Positions 45,580-55,012 of a DNA stretch of 64,000 nucleotides are shown here, piece by piece. A program made the translations under genes and the position numbers. Under the pieces are notes generated by a model that was given only the letters and a program-made list of their open reading frames with translations, made no database searches and was not told the DNA's origin. Numbering within the stretch: position 1 is the stretch's first letter; each line of letters starts with the position of its first letter. Source of the stretch: Candidatus Lambdaproteobacteria bacterium (GTDB taxonomy: Bacteria > SAR324 > JACQKK01); contig JACQKK010000010.1 of NCBI GenBank assembly GCA_016204605.1, positions 7,636 through 71,635 of the forward strand, in the 5' to 3' direction.

Positions 45580-46977
45580 CTAGGGCAAGGTGCCGCGCTT
45601 TTCAAGCGCAATGCCGTCCCGGTCCTGAAACGGCTGCGGAGCTGGCCGGGTTCCTGGCGCCGCCTCCAGCCGCTCGAGCCGCCCCAGCTCCTCGAGGGCG
45701 CGCCGCGTGAAAAACGCCTTCTTCTCCCTGCGGGCGAGCGGTTCGGCGGGCGGGGTGAGCAGCCCGAAGTTGGCGTTCATGGGCTGGAAATCGGCCGAGG
45801 GCGTCGCCACGATATACGCGACCAGGGCGCCGATCATCGTCGCGGGCGAGGGGCGGGGCGGCGCGCGGCCCTCGAGCGCGAACGCCACGCGCTTGCCCAC
45901 GTAGAGGCCGGTGGCGGCCGATTCCACGTAGCCTTCCACACCGGTGAGCTGCCCCGCGAAGTGCAGGCGCCCCTCGCCGCGCAGCGCCAGATCCCGGTCC
46001 AGCAGGCGGGGCGAATCGAGGAAGGTGTTGCGGTGCAGGGAGCCCAGCACCGCGAACTCGGCCCGTGCGAGGCCGGGAATGGTGCGGAACACGCGGCGCT
46101 GCTCGGGCCAGGTCATCTTGGTCTGGAAGCCCACCATGCCGTAGAGCGTGGCGGCCTGGTTCTCCTGGCGGAGCTGCACCGCGGCGAACGGCGGGCGGCC
46201 CGTGCGCGGGTCGATCAGCCCCACGGGCTTCATCGGGCCGAAGGCGAGCGTCTGCGGGCCCCGCGCCGCCAGCACCTCGATCGGCAGGCAACCCTCGAAC
46301 GGGCGCAGCGTCTCGAAGTCGTGCAGGGGCACCGTCTCGGCGCCGCGCACCAGCTCGACGAAGCGGAAGTATTCCTCGCGGGTGAGCGGACAGTTCAGGT
46401 AATCCTCGCCGCCCTTCCCGTAGCGCGAGGCGCGGAAGACCACGCCGCGCTCCAGCGAGTCGGCCAGCACCATCGGCGCGATGGCGTCGTAGAACGCCAG
46501 CGCTTCGGCGCCGACCAGCCGGGCGATGCTCTCCGAGAGCGCAGGCGAGGTCAGCGGTCCCGTCGCGCAGATCACCCGGGCGTAGCGCCTCAGCAGCGGT
46601 GCCAGGGCCGGCACCTCCTCCCGGCGCAGCGCGATCAGCGGGTGGGCGCCCAGACGATCGGTGACCCGCTGCGCGAACAGCCCGCGGTCCACCGCGAGCG
46701 CCTGGCCCGCCGGCACGGCCGTCTGGAGGGCCGCCTCCATGATGAGCGAGCCCTGCAGCCCCAGCTCCGCCTTCAGCAGGCCGTGGGCGTTCTCCGGGTT
46801 CAGGCTCTTGAAGGAGTTGGAGCAGACGAGCTCCGCGCAGAGCGCGGTGCGGTGGGCCTGGGTCTGCCGCGTGGGGCGCATCTCGAACAGCTCCACGCGG
46901 TGGCCGCGCCGGGCCAGTTGCCAGGCGGCCTCGCTGCCGGCGAATCCGGCACCGATGATGGCGACGGGCTCACCCAT
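45580..46977 (-). CDS. trmFO: methylenetetrahydrofolate--tRNA-(uracil54-C5)-methyltransferase TrmFO
   Basis: It has VAIIGAGFAGSEAAWQLARRG..., ...AELVCSNS and related motifs. The start is at MGEPV; the tool's upstream extension is R/A-rich. Confidence 0.85.
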   Translation of the reverse strand: MGEPVAIIGAGFAGSEAAWQLARRGHRVELFEMRPTRQTQAHRTALCAELVCSNSFKSLNPENAHGLLKAELGLQGSLIMEAALQTAVPAGQALAVDRGLFAQRVTDRLGAHPLIALRREEVPALAPLLRRYARVICATGPLTSPALSESIARLVGAEALAFYDAIAPMVLADSLERGVVFRASRYGKGGEDYLNCPLTREEYFRFVELVRGAETVPLHDFETLRPFEGCLPIEVLAARGPQTLAFGPMKPVGLIDPRTGRPPFAAVQLRQENQAATLYGMVGFQTKMTWPEQRRVFRTIPGLARAEFAVLGSLHRNTFLDSPRLLDRDLALRGEGRLHFAGQLTGVEGYVESAATGLYVGKRVAFALEGRAPPRPSPATMIGALVAYIVATPSADFQPMNANFGLLTPPAEPLARREKKAFFTRRALEELGRLERLEAAPGTRPAPQPFQDRDGIALEKRGTLP

Positions 46978-47236
46978 CCGCGCTCCCTGTGGCAGAATCC
47001 AAGTCGGCTCCTGAGCGCCGGCGCCGGTGGCGGCGCGCGGAAACGGCGGCGCAGATGGCCCCATGGCGCAAGAGGCGCATCCCATCAGCGCGGCCTCGCC
47101 GCCCGGCCCTCGGGCCGTAGCGGAACTCCCCCGGCGCCGCCCTGCGTGACAGCGCCGCCGCCCGGCGGGGCGGCAACGCCTGGCAGGGCCTGCGCGCGGC
47201 TGGTGGTATTCTACCCTGGCAAGGGCAGGTGTCCAG

Positions 47237-48301
47237 ATGGATGAGCTGGAGCAGTCGATCCTGGCGAGCATGACGACGCCGCTCCTGGCGGTGCATGGCT
47301 CGGGTCGCATCCACTACCTGAACCCGGCGGCGGAAGATTTCTTCCGCCTCCCGCCCGGTTCGCCCACGCGCTTCAGCCTGGCGCAGGTGTTCGGCGAGGG
47401 CAGCCCGCTGTGGGTGCAGGTGTGCCGGGCGATCGCCGAGCAGAAGTCCGTCACCATCGACTCGTTCCGCTATGAGCCGGGGCGCGGGCAAGCGCCGCTC
47501 GTGTTGCGGGTGCGGATCGATCCCGTCTCGCGGGCGCCGGCCGATACCGCCCTGGTGTTGTTCTGGGATCAGACACACCTCGAGCACCTGGAAAGCTCGG
47601 CCTACGAGCAGCGGGTGATGGGCGCCATCAGCACCATCGTCAAACGACTCGCCCACGAGATCCACAACCCGCTCAGCGGCATCAAGGGGGCAACGCAACT
47701 GCTGGAGCGGCGGGTGCGCGACGCCCCCGACCTCGCCGAGTACGCGGCCGTGATCCTCAAGGAGCTGGATCGGATGGAGCGCCTGGTGAAAAGCCTGCTG
47801 CTCCAGGGGAGTGAACCGCCGCTCAACAAGACCCATTTCAACTTGCACGAGCTGCTCGATACCGTGATCTGGTTCCAGAACAACGCGGCCACGGGCGTGA
47901 ATTTCGCGCGCGACTACGATCCTTCGCTGCCGGAGCTGCACGGCGACCGCGACCGGCTGCATCAGGTGTTTCTCAACCTGATCCGTAATGCGGCCCAGGC
48001 CAGCCCCCCCGGCGGCACGGTCACCCTGCGCACGCGGGTGGTCGGGCCATGGCAGGAACGCCTGGAGTTGCGCGACCCGACCCGCACCTACTTCCAGATC
48101 GAGATCGAGGATCAGGGCAGCGGCGTGGCGCCCGAGCACGTCGAGCGCCTGTTCACGCCCTTCTTCACCACCAAGAGCGGCGGCACAGGGCTGGGGCTCT
48201 CGCTCTCGTACCAGATCGTGCGCAGCCATCAAGGGCAACTGCGGTATCGCGATGCCCCCCCGGGTGGGGCCGTGTTCGACGTCACGCTGCCCATGGAATG
48301 A
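47237..48301 (+). CDS. cytoplasmic PAS-domain sensor histidine kinase, NtrB-like
   Basis: The H-box LAHEIHNPLSGIKGATQLLERR matches the NtrB pattern. The C-terminal HATPase_c motifs (N, G1, G2) are present: GTGLGLSLSYQIV. There are no TM segments. Confidence 0.75.
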   Translation: MDELEQSILASMTTPLLAVHGSGRIHYLNPAAEDFFRLPPGSPTRFSLAQVFGEGSPLWVQVCRAIAEQKSVTIDSFRYEPGRGQAPLVLRVRIDPVSRAPADTALVLFWDQTHLEHLESSAYEQRVMGAISTIVKRLAHEIHNPLSGIKGATQLLERRVRDAPDLAEYAAVILKELDRMERLVKSLLLQGSEPPLNKTHFNLHELLDTVIWFQNNAATGVNFARDYDPSLPELHGDRDRLHQVFLNLIRNAAQASPPGGTVTLRTRVVGPWQERLELRDPTRTYFQIEIEDQGSGVAPEHVERLFTPFFTTKSGGTGLGLSLSYQIVRSHQGQLRYRDAPPGGAVFDVTLPME

Positions 48302-48407
48302 GACCCTCGGGAGCCGGAATCGCGACGCCACACCGATTTCTTTGACATGTCAGTGCTGTTCTGGTTCCATTCCTTCTGACCCCCTTCCTCGCGCCGAGCC
48401 GTCCGCC

Positions 48408-49091
48408 ATGTTGCCATTCGCCGCCCGTCCGCACCGCCGGTTGCGCCTGTTCGGCGCCGCGCTGCTGCTCTCGGCGCTGGCAGGCGGCTGCCTGGCGGAT
48501 CCGGGCAGCGATGCCATCCCCAGCCAGCACTTCGGAAACCTGCTCGAGCTGGGAGGCGTGCCGCGGGGCTCCCTCGGCGGGCGCCTGCTGTTTCCCTCGG
48601 AGTATGCGCAGCGGTCGGTGGACTTCCGGCTCGGCGGGCGGCTGTTCGTGACGACCCCCGACGGCCGCTTCGTGATCGAGCGCATCCCCGCGGGCGCCTA
48701 CCGGCTGGAAGTCCACCTGCCGGGCTACGAAGCGATCGAACGGTCGATCGAGATCGCCGGCGGGCAGCGGGCGGAGGCAGGAATCTTCAAGCTGAGACGG
48801 GCTCGGGGTCGGGTCGTCGGCCGGCTGGCTCTGCCCGACGGCACCTCGGCGGCCGGCGTCCAGATGCGCCTGGATCGCTATCCCAACGCCATCGTCAGCG
48901 ACAAGTTCGGCATCTTCCAGTTCATGGGCGTCGGCGCCGGCTCGTATCGTCTGATCGTGAGCGACGCCCGCTATTCCGCGGCGGAACGGACGCTCGACCT
49001 GCGGAGCGGCGAGCAGCAGAACCTGGGCGTGATTCCGGTGACCGAGCGTCCGAACGCCACCGCGAAGCTCGCCCCCACGACGATTCCCTGA
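48408..49091 (+). CDS. lipoprotein with carboxypeptidase regulatory-like (CarbopepD_reg) beta-sandwich domains
   Basis: A lipobox (LSALAGGC) is followed by repeated ...GRFVIERIPAGAYRLEV...GYE... and ...GIFQFMGVGAGSYRLIVSDARY... modules. Confidence 0.6.
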   Translation: MLPFAARPHRRLRLFGAALLLSALAGGCLADPGSDAIPSQHFGNLLELGGVPRGSLGGRLLFPSEYAQRSVDFRLGGRLFVTTPDGRFVIERIPAGAYRLEVHLPGYEAIERSIEIAGGQRAEAGIFKLRRARGRVVGRLALPDGTSAAGVQMRLDRYPNAIVSDKFGIFQFMGVGAGSYRLIVSDARYSAAERTLDLRSGEQQNLGVIPVTERPNATAKLAPTTIP

Positions 49092-49198
49092 GGGCTGCGC
49101 TCCTGCGGAGCCCGCGCCCGGTCGGACCCGTGGCTGGGCGACCGGTGCCGCCCGCACCGCAAGCGGCGCCGCACCCGACTCCCGCTTCAAGACCCGAG

Positions 49199-50776
49199 AT
49201 GACCCAGCCGGATCCGACTTCCCGTCTGCCCGTGCATCTGGCGCGGCGGTTGTGCACGGCCGCCGAGATGCGTGCGATGGACGACCACGCCATCCGCGGG
49301 CTCGGCCTGCCGGGGCGGCTGCTGATGGAAAACGCCGCCCAGGCCGTCGCGCGGCGGGTCGAAGCGCTGCTGCCCGCCGGCGGGCCGGGCGCCATCGCGG
49401 TCTGCTGCGGCAACGGCAACAACGGCGGCGACGGATACGCGGTGGCGCGGCTGCTCGCGAACCGCGGCCACGCGGTGCGGCTGATCCGCTGCGGCACCCC
49501 CGGCCCGGGCGATGCCCAGGAGAACCGGCGCGCGTGGGCCCACTTCGGCGAGACCATCGATTCCGGCGCCGAGGGGGCCGCGGCCGAGGCGGCGCTGCGC
49601 GGCGCCGCGGTGATCGTCGACGCCCTGTTCGGCACGGGGCTGAGCCGCGCCGTGGAGGGCGAGCCCGCCCGGCTGATCGCGGCGATCAACGCCGCGCCGA
49701 CACGGCTGCGGGTGGCCGTGGACATCCCCTCGGGCATCGACGCCGATTCGGGCGCGGTGCTGGGCGCCGCCGTCCGGTGCAGCCACACGGTCAGCCTGCA
49801 GGTGGGCAAGGCGGGCTGCCACCAATTCCCCGGCGCCCTCTACGCCGGCGAGGTGGAGGTCGCGGACGTCTCGATCCCGCCGCGCTGGCCGGCCGAGGCG
49901 CCGCCCACGGTGCTGGTGACCCACGCCTTCGCCCGCGCCCTGCGACCCGCACGCCCGCGCGATGGCCACAAGGGCACCTTCGGTCACGTGCTCTTGCTGT
50001 GCGGCTCGGCCGGGTATGCCGGGGCGGCGGCGCTGGCCGGGCTGGGCGCCCTCAAGGCCGGCGCGGGCCTCGTCACCCTGGGCGTGCCGCGGGCGCTGCG
50101 CGACCGTTACGTGGGCATCGCCCCGGAGCTGATCACGCTGGCCTCGGAGGCCGGCGGCGCGGATGCCTTCGAGAGTGCCCATGCGCCAGCGTTCGCGGCC
50201 GCAGCGGCCACGCGCCGCGCCGCGGTGCTCGGCTGCGGCCTGGGGCAGCGCCCGCAGACGCGCGCCTTCGTCGAGCAGCTGGTCGCCGGCCTCGCGCTGC
50301 CGCTCGTGATCGACGCCGACGGGCTGAACCTGCTCGAGGGCGACCGGCTGCTTGCGCGGCCCCACCCGACGATCCTCACGCCGCACCCCGGCGAGCTCTC
50401 CCGCCTGGCGGGGCTGGCGATCGCGGAGCTGGCCCGGGACCGCATCGGTCACGCGCGCCGGCTGGCCCGGCAGTGGAACGTCGTGCTGGTGCTGAAAGGG
50501 GCGGGCACTGTCGTCGCGGCGCCGACCGGCGAGGCGTTCCTCAACCCCACCGGGGACGAGGGGATGGCCAGCGGCGGCACGGGGGACGTGCTGAGCGGGA
50601 TCGTCGGCGCGTTGCTGGCCCAGGGGCTGGTGCCCGTCGCGGCCGCCGTGCTCGGGGTGTATCTGCACGGGCTGGCCCGCGACCTGAGCCGGCCGCGCCT
50701 GAGCAGCGCCGCGTTCTCCGCCACCGACCTGGTGGCGCACCTGAACGAGGCCTGGCAGGCGCTCGAGGACGCCTAG
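49199..50776 (+). CDS. nnr: bifunctional NAD(P)H-hydrate repair enzyme (epimerase + ADP-dependent dehydratase)
   Basis: The N-terminal YjeF_N domain has ...[21 protein letters not shown]...DALFGTGL. The C-terminal carbohydrate-kinase-like domain has ...[14 protein letters not shown]...GGTGDVLSG. Confidence 0.85.
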   Translation: MTQPDPTSRLPVHLARRLCTAAEMRAMDDHAIRGLGLPGRLLMENAAQAVARRVEALLPAGGPGAIAVCCGNGNNGGDGYAVARLLANRGHAVRLIRCGTPGPGDAQENRRAWAHFGETIDSGAEGAAAEAALRGAAVIVDALFGTGLSRAVEGEPARLIAAINAAPTRLRVAVDIPSGIDADSGAVLGAAVRCSHTVSLQVGKAGCHQFPGALYAGEVEVADVSIPPRWPAEAPPTVLVTHAFARALRPARPRDGHKGTFGHVLLLCGSAGYAGAAALAGLGALKAGAGLVTLGVPRALRDRYVGIAPELITLASEAGGADAFESAHAPAFAAAAATRRAAVLGCGLGQRPQTRAFVEQLVAGLALPLVIDADGLNLLEGDRLLARPHPTILTPHPGELSRLAGLAIAELARDRIGHARRLARQWNVVLVLKGAGTVVAAPTGEAFLNPTGDEGMASGGTGDVLSGIVGALLAQGLVPVAAAVLGVYLHGLARDLSRPRLSSAAFSATDLVAHLNEAWQALEDA

Positions 50777-51168
50777 CGCTTGCTGTACTGGAAGCGGCGG
50801 CGGGCGCCAGGCTGACCGTACTTCTTCCGTTCCACGGTGCGCGCGTCGCGCGTCAGCAGGCCGGCCTTCTTCAGCACCGGGCGATGCTGTCCATCGGGCA
50901 CGCGCTCGAGGGCGCGGGCTAGGCCATGGCGGACGGCGCCCGCCTGACCGACGAGGCCGCCGCCACTGACGTTGACCAGCACGTTGTAGCTCCCCATCGT
51001 CTGGGTCTGGATCAACGGCTGGCGCACCAGGGCGCGGTGAACCTCCTCGGGGAAGTACTCATCGAGGGGCTTGCGGTTGACGATGAACTGGCCGTTGCCC
51101 GGGCGCAGGTACACGCGCGCCACGGCGGACTTGCGGCGGCCGGTTCCATAGTATTGCATCGGGTTCAT
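50773..51168 (-). CDS. rpsI: 30S ribosomal protein S9
   Basis: The product reads [31 protein letters not shown]...RRFQYSKR. Confidence 0.9.
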   Translation of the reverse strand: MNPMQYYGTGRRKSAVARVYLRPGNGQFIVNRKPLDEYFPEEVHRALVRQPLIQTQTMGSYNVLVNVSGGGLVGQAGAVRHGLARALERVPDGQHRPVLKKAGLLTRDARTVERKKYGQPGARRRFQYSKR

Positions 51169-51273
51169 CAGCGTCTCGCTCTCACGATGGGTACGCGCTT
51201 GCCGGCGCACCGGACCGCCACGCAGCGGGGCACCACGCACCGGGGCGCCGTGTTCGGCACCCGCCCCGCGGGA

Positions 51274-51729
51274 TCAATAGGGCAGCGTGTACGGCTGGGG
51301 GCGCTGCGCGGCGTGGGGGTGCTCCGGGCCGGCGTACAGCTTCAGCTTGTGGTGCAGGATATCGCGGTTGAGCCCGTTCTTGGGCAGCATCCGCTTCACG
51401 GCCAGCCGCAGCAGCTCGGTGGGCTTCTTGGCCAGCAGCTTCTCCGCGAACACGGTCTTCATCCCGCCCTGGAAGCGGGTGTGGTGGTAGTAGTACTTGT
51501 CCTGCATCTTCGCGCCTGTCAGCACGACCTTCTCGGCGTTGACGACCACCACGAAATCGCCGGTATCCAGATGGGGCGTGAAGATCGGCTTGTGCTTCCC
51601 GCGCAGGAGGTGCGCGATCTGGCTCGCCACCCGGCCCAGCGGCTTGCCCGCCGCATCCACCAGCAGCCACTGCGGCGCGTACTCGGCGCCGGGAGCGACC
51701 TGTTCCTTCCTGATGCTTACCGTCCTCAT
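51274..51729 (-). CDS. rplM: 50S ribosomal protein L13
   Basis: The product reads [11 protein letters not shown]...[41 protein letters not shown]. Confidence 0.9.
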   Translation of the reverse strand: MRTVSIRKEQVAPGAEYAPQWLLVDAAGKPLGRVASQIAHLLRGKHKPIFTPHLDTGDFVVVVNAEKVVLTGAKMQDKYYYHHTRFQGGMKTVFAEKLLAKKPTELLRLAVKRMLPKNGLNRDILHHKLKLYAGPEHPHAAQRPQPYTLPY

Positions 51730-51792
51730 CGTTGCACGCTCGATCGGGTGCGCCGTGGCGCCGGGTCTGTCACGGCTCTTTGGTAATCTCCT

Positions 51793-51821
51793 TTTATGCC
51801 GCAGCCGCGGGCCGAGGTCAA
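51793..51821 (-). promoter_or_regulatory. candidate sigma70-type promoter for rplM-rpsI
   Basis: On the minus strand there is TTGACC, then a 17-nt spacer, then CATAAA. It lies about 65-90 nt upstream of the rplM ATG. Confidence 0.35.
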
Positions 51822-52007
51822 GCGTCGCGCTATTTTGAAGCCCAGCCGGGCGTTGCCGAGCGCCGGAGATTCTGCTAGGCACCCACCAGGATTGCGGGCG
51901 AACGGCCGATCGGGCCGCGCGTCCGCTTCACGATCCGCCGGCCGCAGGGTCCATGGGCGCCGGGTCGGGTCGCGACACAGCCTCCCGCTTGCAGCCGAAG
52001 GAGCCAC

Positions 52008-53243
52008 TTGGAACCGCAGGGAGCCCTCTCACCTTACCGCGTGCTGGAGCTGCCGGGCGGCGCGACCGCGCTCTGCGGGAAGATGCTCTCCGACCTGGGC
52101 GCCGACGTGATCAAGATCGAGCCGCCGGAGGGCGACCCTACGCGCTGGGTCGAGCCCGCCATCGAGCGCGACGGACGGACGTTGAGCCTGCTGTGGCAAT
52201 CCTACCAGCGCGGCAAGCGCGGGGTCACGCTGGCCCTCGACCGGGACGAGGGGCGGAAGCTGTTCGAGCGGCTCGTCGCCACCGCCGATTTCCTGCTGGA
52301 GAGTTTCGCCCCCGGCGTGCTGGCCCGGCGCGGCCTCGGCCTCGAGCGGCTGCATGCGCTCAACCCGCGACTGATCCTCGTCTCCGTCACGCCGTTCGGC
52401 CAGACGGGCCCCTACAGCGGCTGGAAGGGCACGGACATCGTGCCGATCGCTCTGGGCGGCTACATGAGCATGTCCGGCGAGCGCGGGATGGCGCCCCTGC
52501 GCGTCTCGATCCCGCAGGCGTTCCACCACGCCTCCGGGCAGGCGGCCATGGGCGCCCTGCTGGCCCACTTCCAGCGCCTGCGCACCGGCAAAGGCTGCCA
52601 CGTCGATGTCTCGGCGCACCACGCCCAACTGCCCACGATGGGGCAGCCCTGCGCCTTCTGGAGTGTGAACCGGGTGCACGTCACGCGCGAGGGGGTGTGG
52701 CGCAACCGCGGGGTCACGGCGCTGATCCGGAACATCTACCCGTGCAAGGACGGCCACGTGGTGTGGTGCATCCGGGCCGGCCACATCGGCGGCCGCGCCA
52801 TGAACGCGCTCGCCAGGCGCATGGCGGCGGAAGGCATCACCTCGGAAACCCTGGCCGCGATCGACTGGTACAAGGTACAGCTCAAGGACCTTACGGCCGA
52901 GCAGATCGACGAGTCGCAGGAGCTGTTCCTCCGCTTCTTCGCCACCAGGAGCAAGGCCGAGCTGTTCGCGCTGGACGAGGAGCTGAGCCTGATCCTCGCC
53001 CCGGTATACGACGCGAAGGACATCCTCCAGGACGAGCAGCGCGCCGCGCGCCGGTACTGGGAGCAGGCGCCGGGGGACGACCCGCGCATCGCATACCCGG
53101 GTCCGGCCCTGCGCATGCAGGCCACCCCGCTCAAGTGCGGCGCCATGGCGCCTACGCTGGGCCAGCACAACCAGGCGGTGTTCGGCGAGCTCGGGCTCTC
53201 CGCCGCCGAGCTGAGCCGGCTGCGGGCCGCGGACTGCATCTGA
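52008..53243 (+). CDS. CoA-transferase family III (CaiB/BaiF-type) protein
   Basis: It has ...PYRVLELPGGATALCGKMLSDLGADVIKIEPPEGD... and ...ILVSVTPFGQTGPYSGWKGTD.... Confidence 0.85.
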   Translation: MEPQGALSPYRVLELPGGATALCGKMLSDLGADVIKIEPPEGDPTRWVEPAIERDGRTLSLLWQSYQRGKRGVTLALDRDEGRKLFERLVATADFLLESFAPGVLARRGLGLERLHALNPRLILVSVTPFGQTGPYSGWKGTDIVPIALGGYMSMSGERGMAPLRVSIPQAFHHASGQAAMGALLAHFQRLRTGKGCHVDVSAHHAQLPTMGQPCAFWSVNRVHVTREGVWRNRGVTALIRNIYPCKDGHVVWCIRAGHIGGRAMNALARRMAAEGITSETLAAIDWYKVQLKDLTAEQIDESQELFLRFFATRSKAELFALDEELSLILAPVYDAKDILQDEQRAARRYWEQAPGDDPRIAYPGPALRMQATPLKCGAMAPTLGQHNQAVFGELGLSAAELSRLRAADCI

Positions 53244-53282
53244 GCCCATGTGGCGCGGCGAGATGGCGGGGAGCGCTCGCGG

Positions 53283-54698
53283 TCAGTACGCGGTCTTGTG
53301 GTGGAAGAGGCTCCAGACCGTCAGCGCGATGATGAGGAAGTCGAACGAGAGCGACCAGTTGTTGATGTAGTACAGGTCGTGCTCGACGCGCATCCGCATC
53401 TTGCCGAGCGTGTCCGTCTCCCCGCGCCAGCCGTTGACCTGGGCCCAGCCCGTGATGCCGGGCCGGATGCGGTGGCGCAGCATGTAGGCCGCGATCTGGT
53501 GCTCGTAGTACCCGTCGTGCTCGAGGGCATGGGGACGCGGCCCGACGATCGACATGCGCCCCTGCAGCACGTTGATGAACTGGGGCAGCTCGTCCAGGCT
53601 GGTGCGGCGCAGGAAACTGCCGATGGGCGTGAGCCGCGGGTCGTCGCGCCGGGCCTGGCTCACCCGGCCCTCCGCCTCGCGATGCACCCGCATCGTGCGG
53701 AACTTGTAGATGGTGATCGGCCGCGCGTTGAGCCCCCCGCGCCGCTGCTGGAACAGCACCGGCCCGCGCGAGGTGAGCTTGATGGCCAAAGCGATCAGCA
53801 GCAGCAGGGGGCTCGCCAGCAGCAGGATCAGGGCGGCCAGCGCCTTGTCCTCGATCCACTTGCCGACGCGCCGGGCGCCCGTGATGGGGGAATCGGAAAG
53901 GCACAGCACGGGCTGGCCATCGATTTCATGGACGCTGTGGTTGAGCAGTTGCAGCGCCGAGATGTCGGGCACCCAGTGCACGTCCACCCGCGCCGGCAGC
54001 AGCCGCTCCATCAGGGTCTCGATCCGGCCCGTCTCGCGGAAGGGCAGTGTCACGTACACCAGATCGGCGTGGTGCTGCCGGACGATGGCCGGCAATTCCT
54101 CCGCCTGCCCCAGCAGCGGGATTCCGCTCCCGTCGCCCTGTGCGGCATCCGCGGGATCGGTCGTCACCCAGCCGACCACGGCGATGCCGAGCCAGGCGTT
54201 GCGGTTCAGGCGCTCGGCGAACTCGCGCAGGGGCCGCCCGCTGCCCACCAGCAGCGCCCGACGCTGGTTGACCCCCCGCAATCGCAATCCCTGGAGGGCC
54301 AGCCGCAGCACGATGTGCAGGCCGGCTTGCGCCAGGCCCGCCAGCACGCTCCAGGTCAACAGCACTTCGCGTGAGAAGCGCTCGTTGGTCTTGGTGATGA
54401 AGCCGAGCAGCGCCAGCAGGATCAGCACCACCGCCCAGGCCCGCAATACCCGCTGCAGCTCCCACCAGAGCCCATCGGCGCGGAAGTGGTGGTAGACGCG
54501 GTTGCCCTGGTAGACCACGAGCATGAGCAGCGCGCTCACCAGCGCGAGCACCTCGTAGTCGATCGGAAACTCCTCCGCCAGCTTGCGCACGGTGAGGAGA
54601 TACAGCAGGGACAGCGCCGCCAGCAGATCGAGCGCCTGCTGCACCCATCGGATCGCGGGGACGTATTGGCGGAGGATTCCGGTCTTGCTGAGCGCCAT
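53283..54698 (-). CDS. undecaprenyl-phosphate hexose-1-phosphate transferase (exopolysaccharide/O-antigen priming sugar transferase, WbaP/WcaJ-like)
   Basis: An N-terminal 4-5 TM region and a CoA-binding-like linker precede the C-terminal bacterial sugar transferase domain (...RPITIYKFRTM...GPRP...). Confidence 0.85.
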   Translation of the reverse strand: MALSKTGILRQYVPAIRWVQQALDLLAALSLLYLLTVRKLAEEFPIDYEVLALVSALLMLVVYQGNRVYHHFRADGLWWELQRVLRAWAVVLILLALLGFITKTNERFSREVLLTWSVLAGLAQAGLHIVLRLALQGLRLRGVNQRRALLVGSGRPLREFAERLNRNAWLGIAVVGWVTTDPADAAQGDGSGIPLLGQAEELPAIVRQHHADLVYVTLPFRETGRIETLMERLLPARVDVHWVPDISALQLLNHSVHEIDGQPVLCLSDSPITGARRVGKWIEDKALAALILLLASPLLLLIALAIKLTSRGPVLFQQRRGGLNARPITIYKFRTMRVHREAEGRVSQARRDDPRLTPIGSFLRRTSLDELPQFINVLQGRMSIVGPRPHALEHDGYYEHQIAAYMLRHRIRPGITGWAQVNGWRGETDTLGKMRMRVEHDLYYINNWSLSFDFLIIALTVWSLFHHKTAY

Positions 54699-54722
54699 CG
54701 GGTCGCGCCGGCTTCAGGGCCC

Positions 54723-54767
54723 GCAGGTGCCGGAACCAGGGTGGTTCCGGCGGCTCCGCCTACCTGC
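54723..54767. promoter_or_regulatory. large perfect palindrome in the leader of the sugar transferase gene
   Basis: The sequence is gcaggtg CCGGAACCA ggg TGGTTCCGG ...tacctgc. It has a 9-bp perfect inverted repeat nested in an outer 6-bp inverted repeat, and lies 25-70 nt upstream of the 54698 start codon. Confidence 0.4.
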
Positions 54768-55012
54768 GGAGCGCCCTTTACGGGCTCGCATCGATCAGGC
54801 GCGCAGTGTACAACGCAGGGCGTTGAAAACCAAGGCGATGGTCGCGCTGCACCTTCCGGCGGGAGCAACCGAAGAGGCGGCGTGCGGCCCGGCCCGATTG
54901 CATTCGCGAGCGGATGCGCCTACGGTATGGCTCCCGTGACGGCAGGGGCGCCCTTGGCCGGCCTGACGCGAAATACCCCTGAACCTGCCGGCCCATTCCG
55001 CACCAGGAGCGC

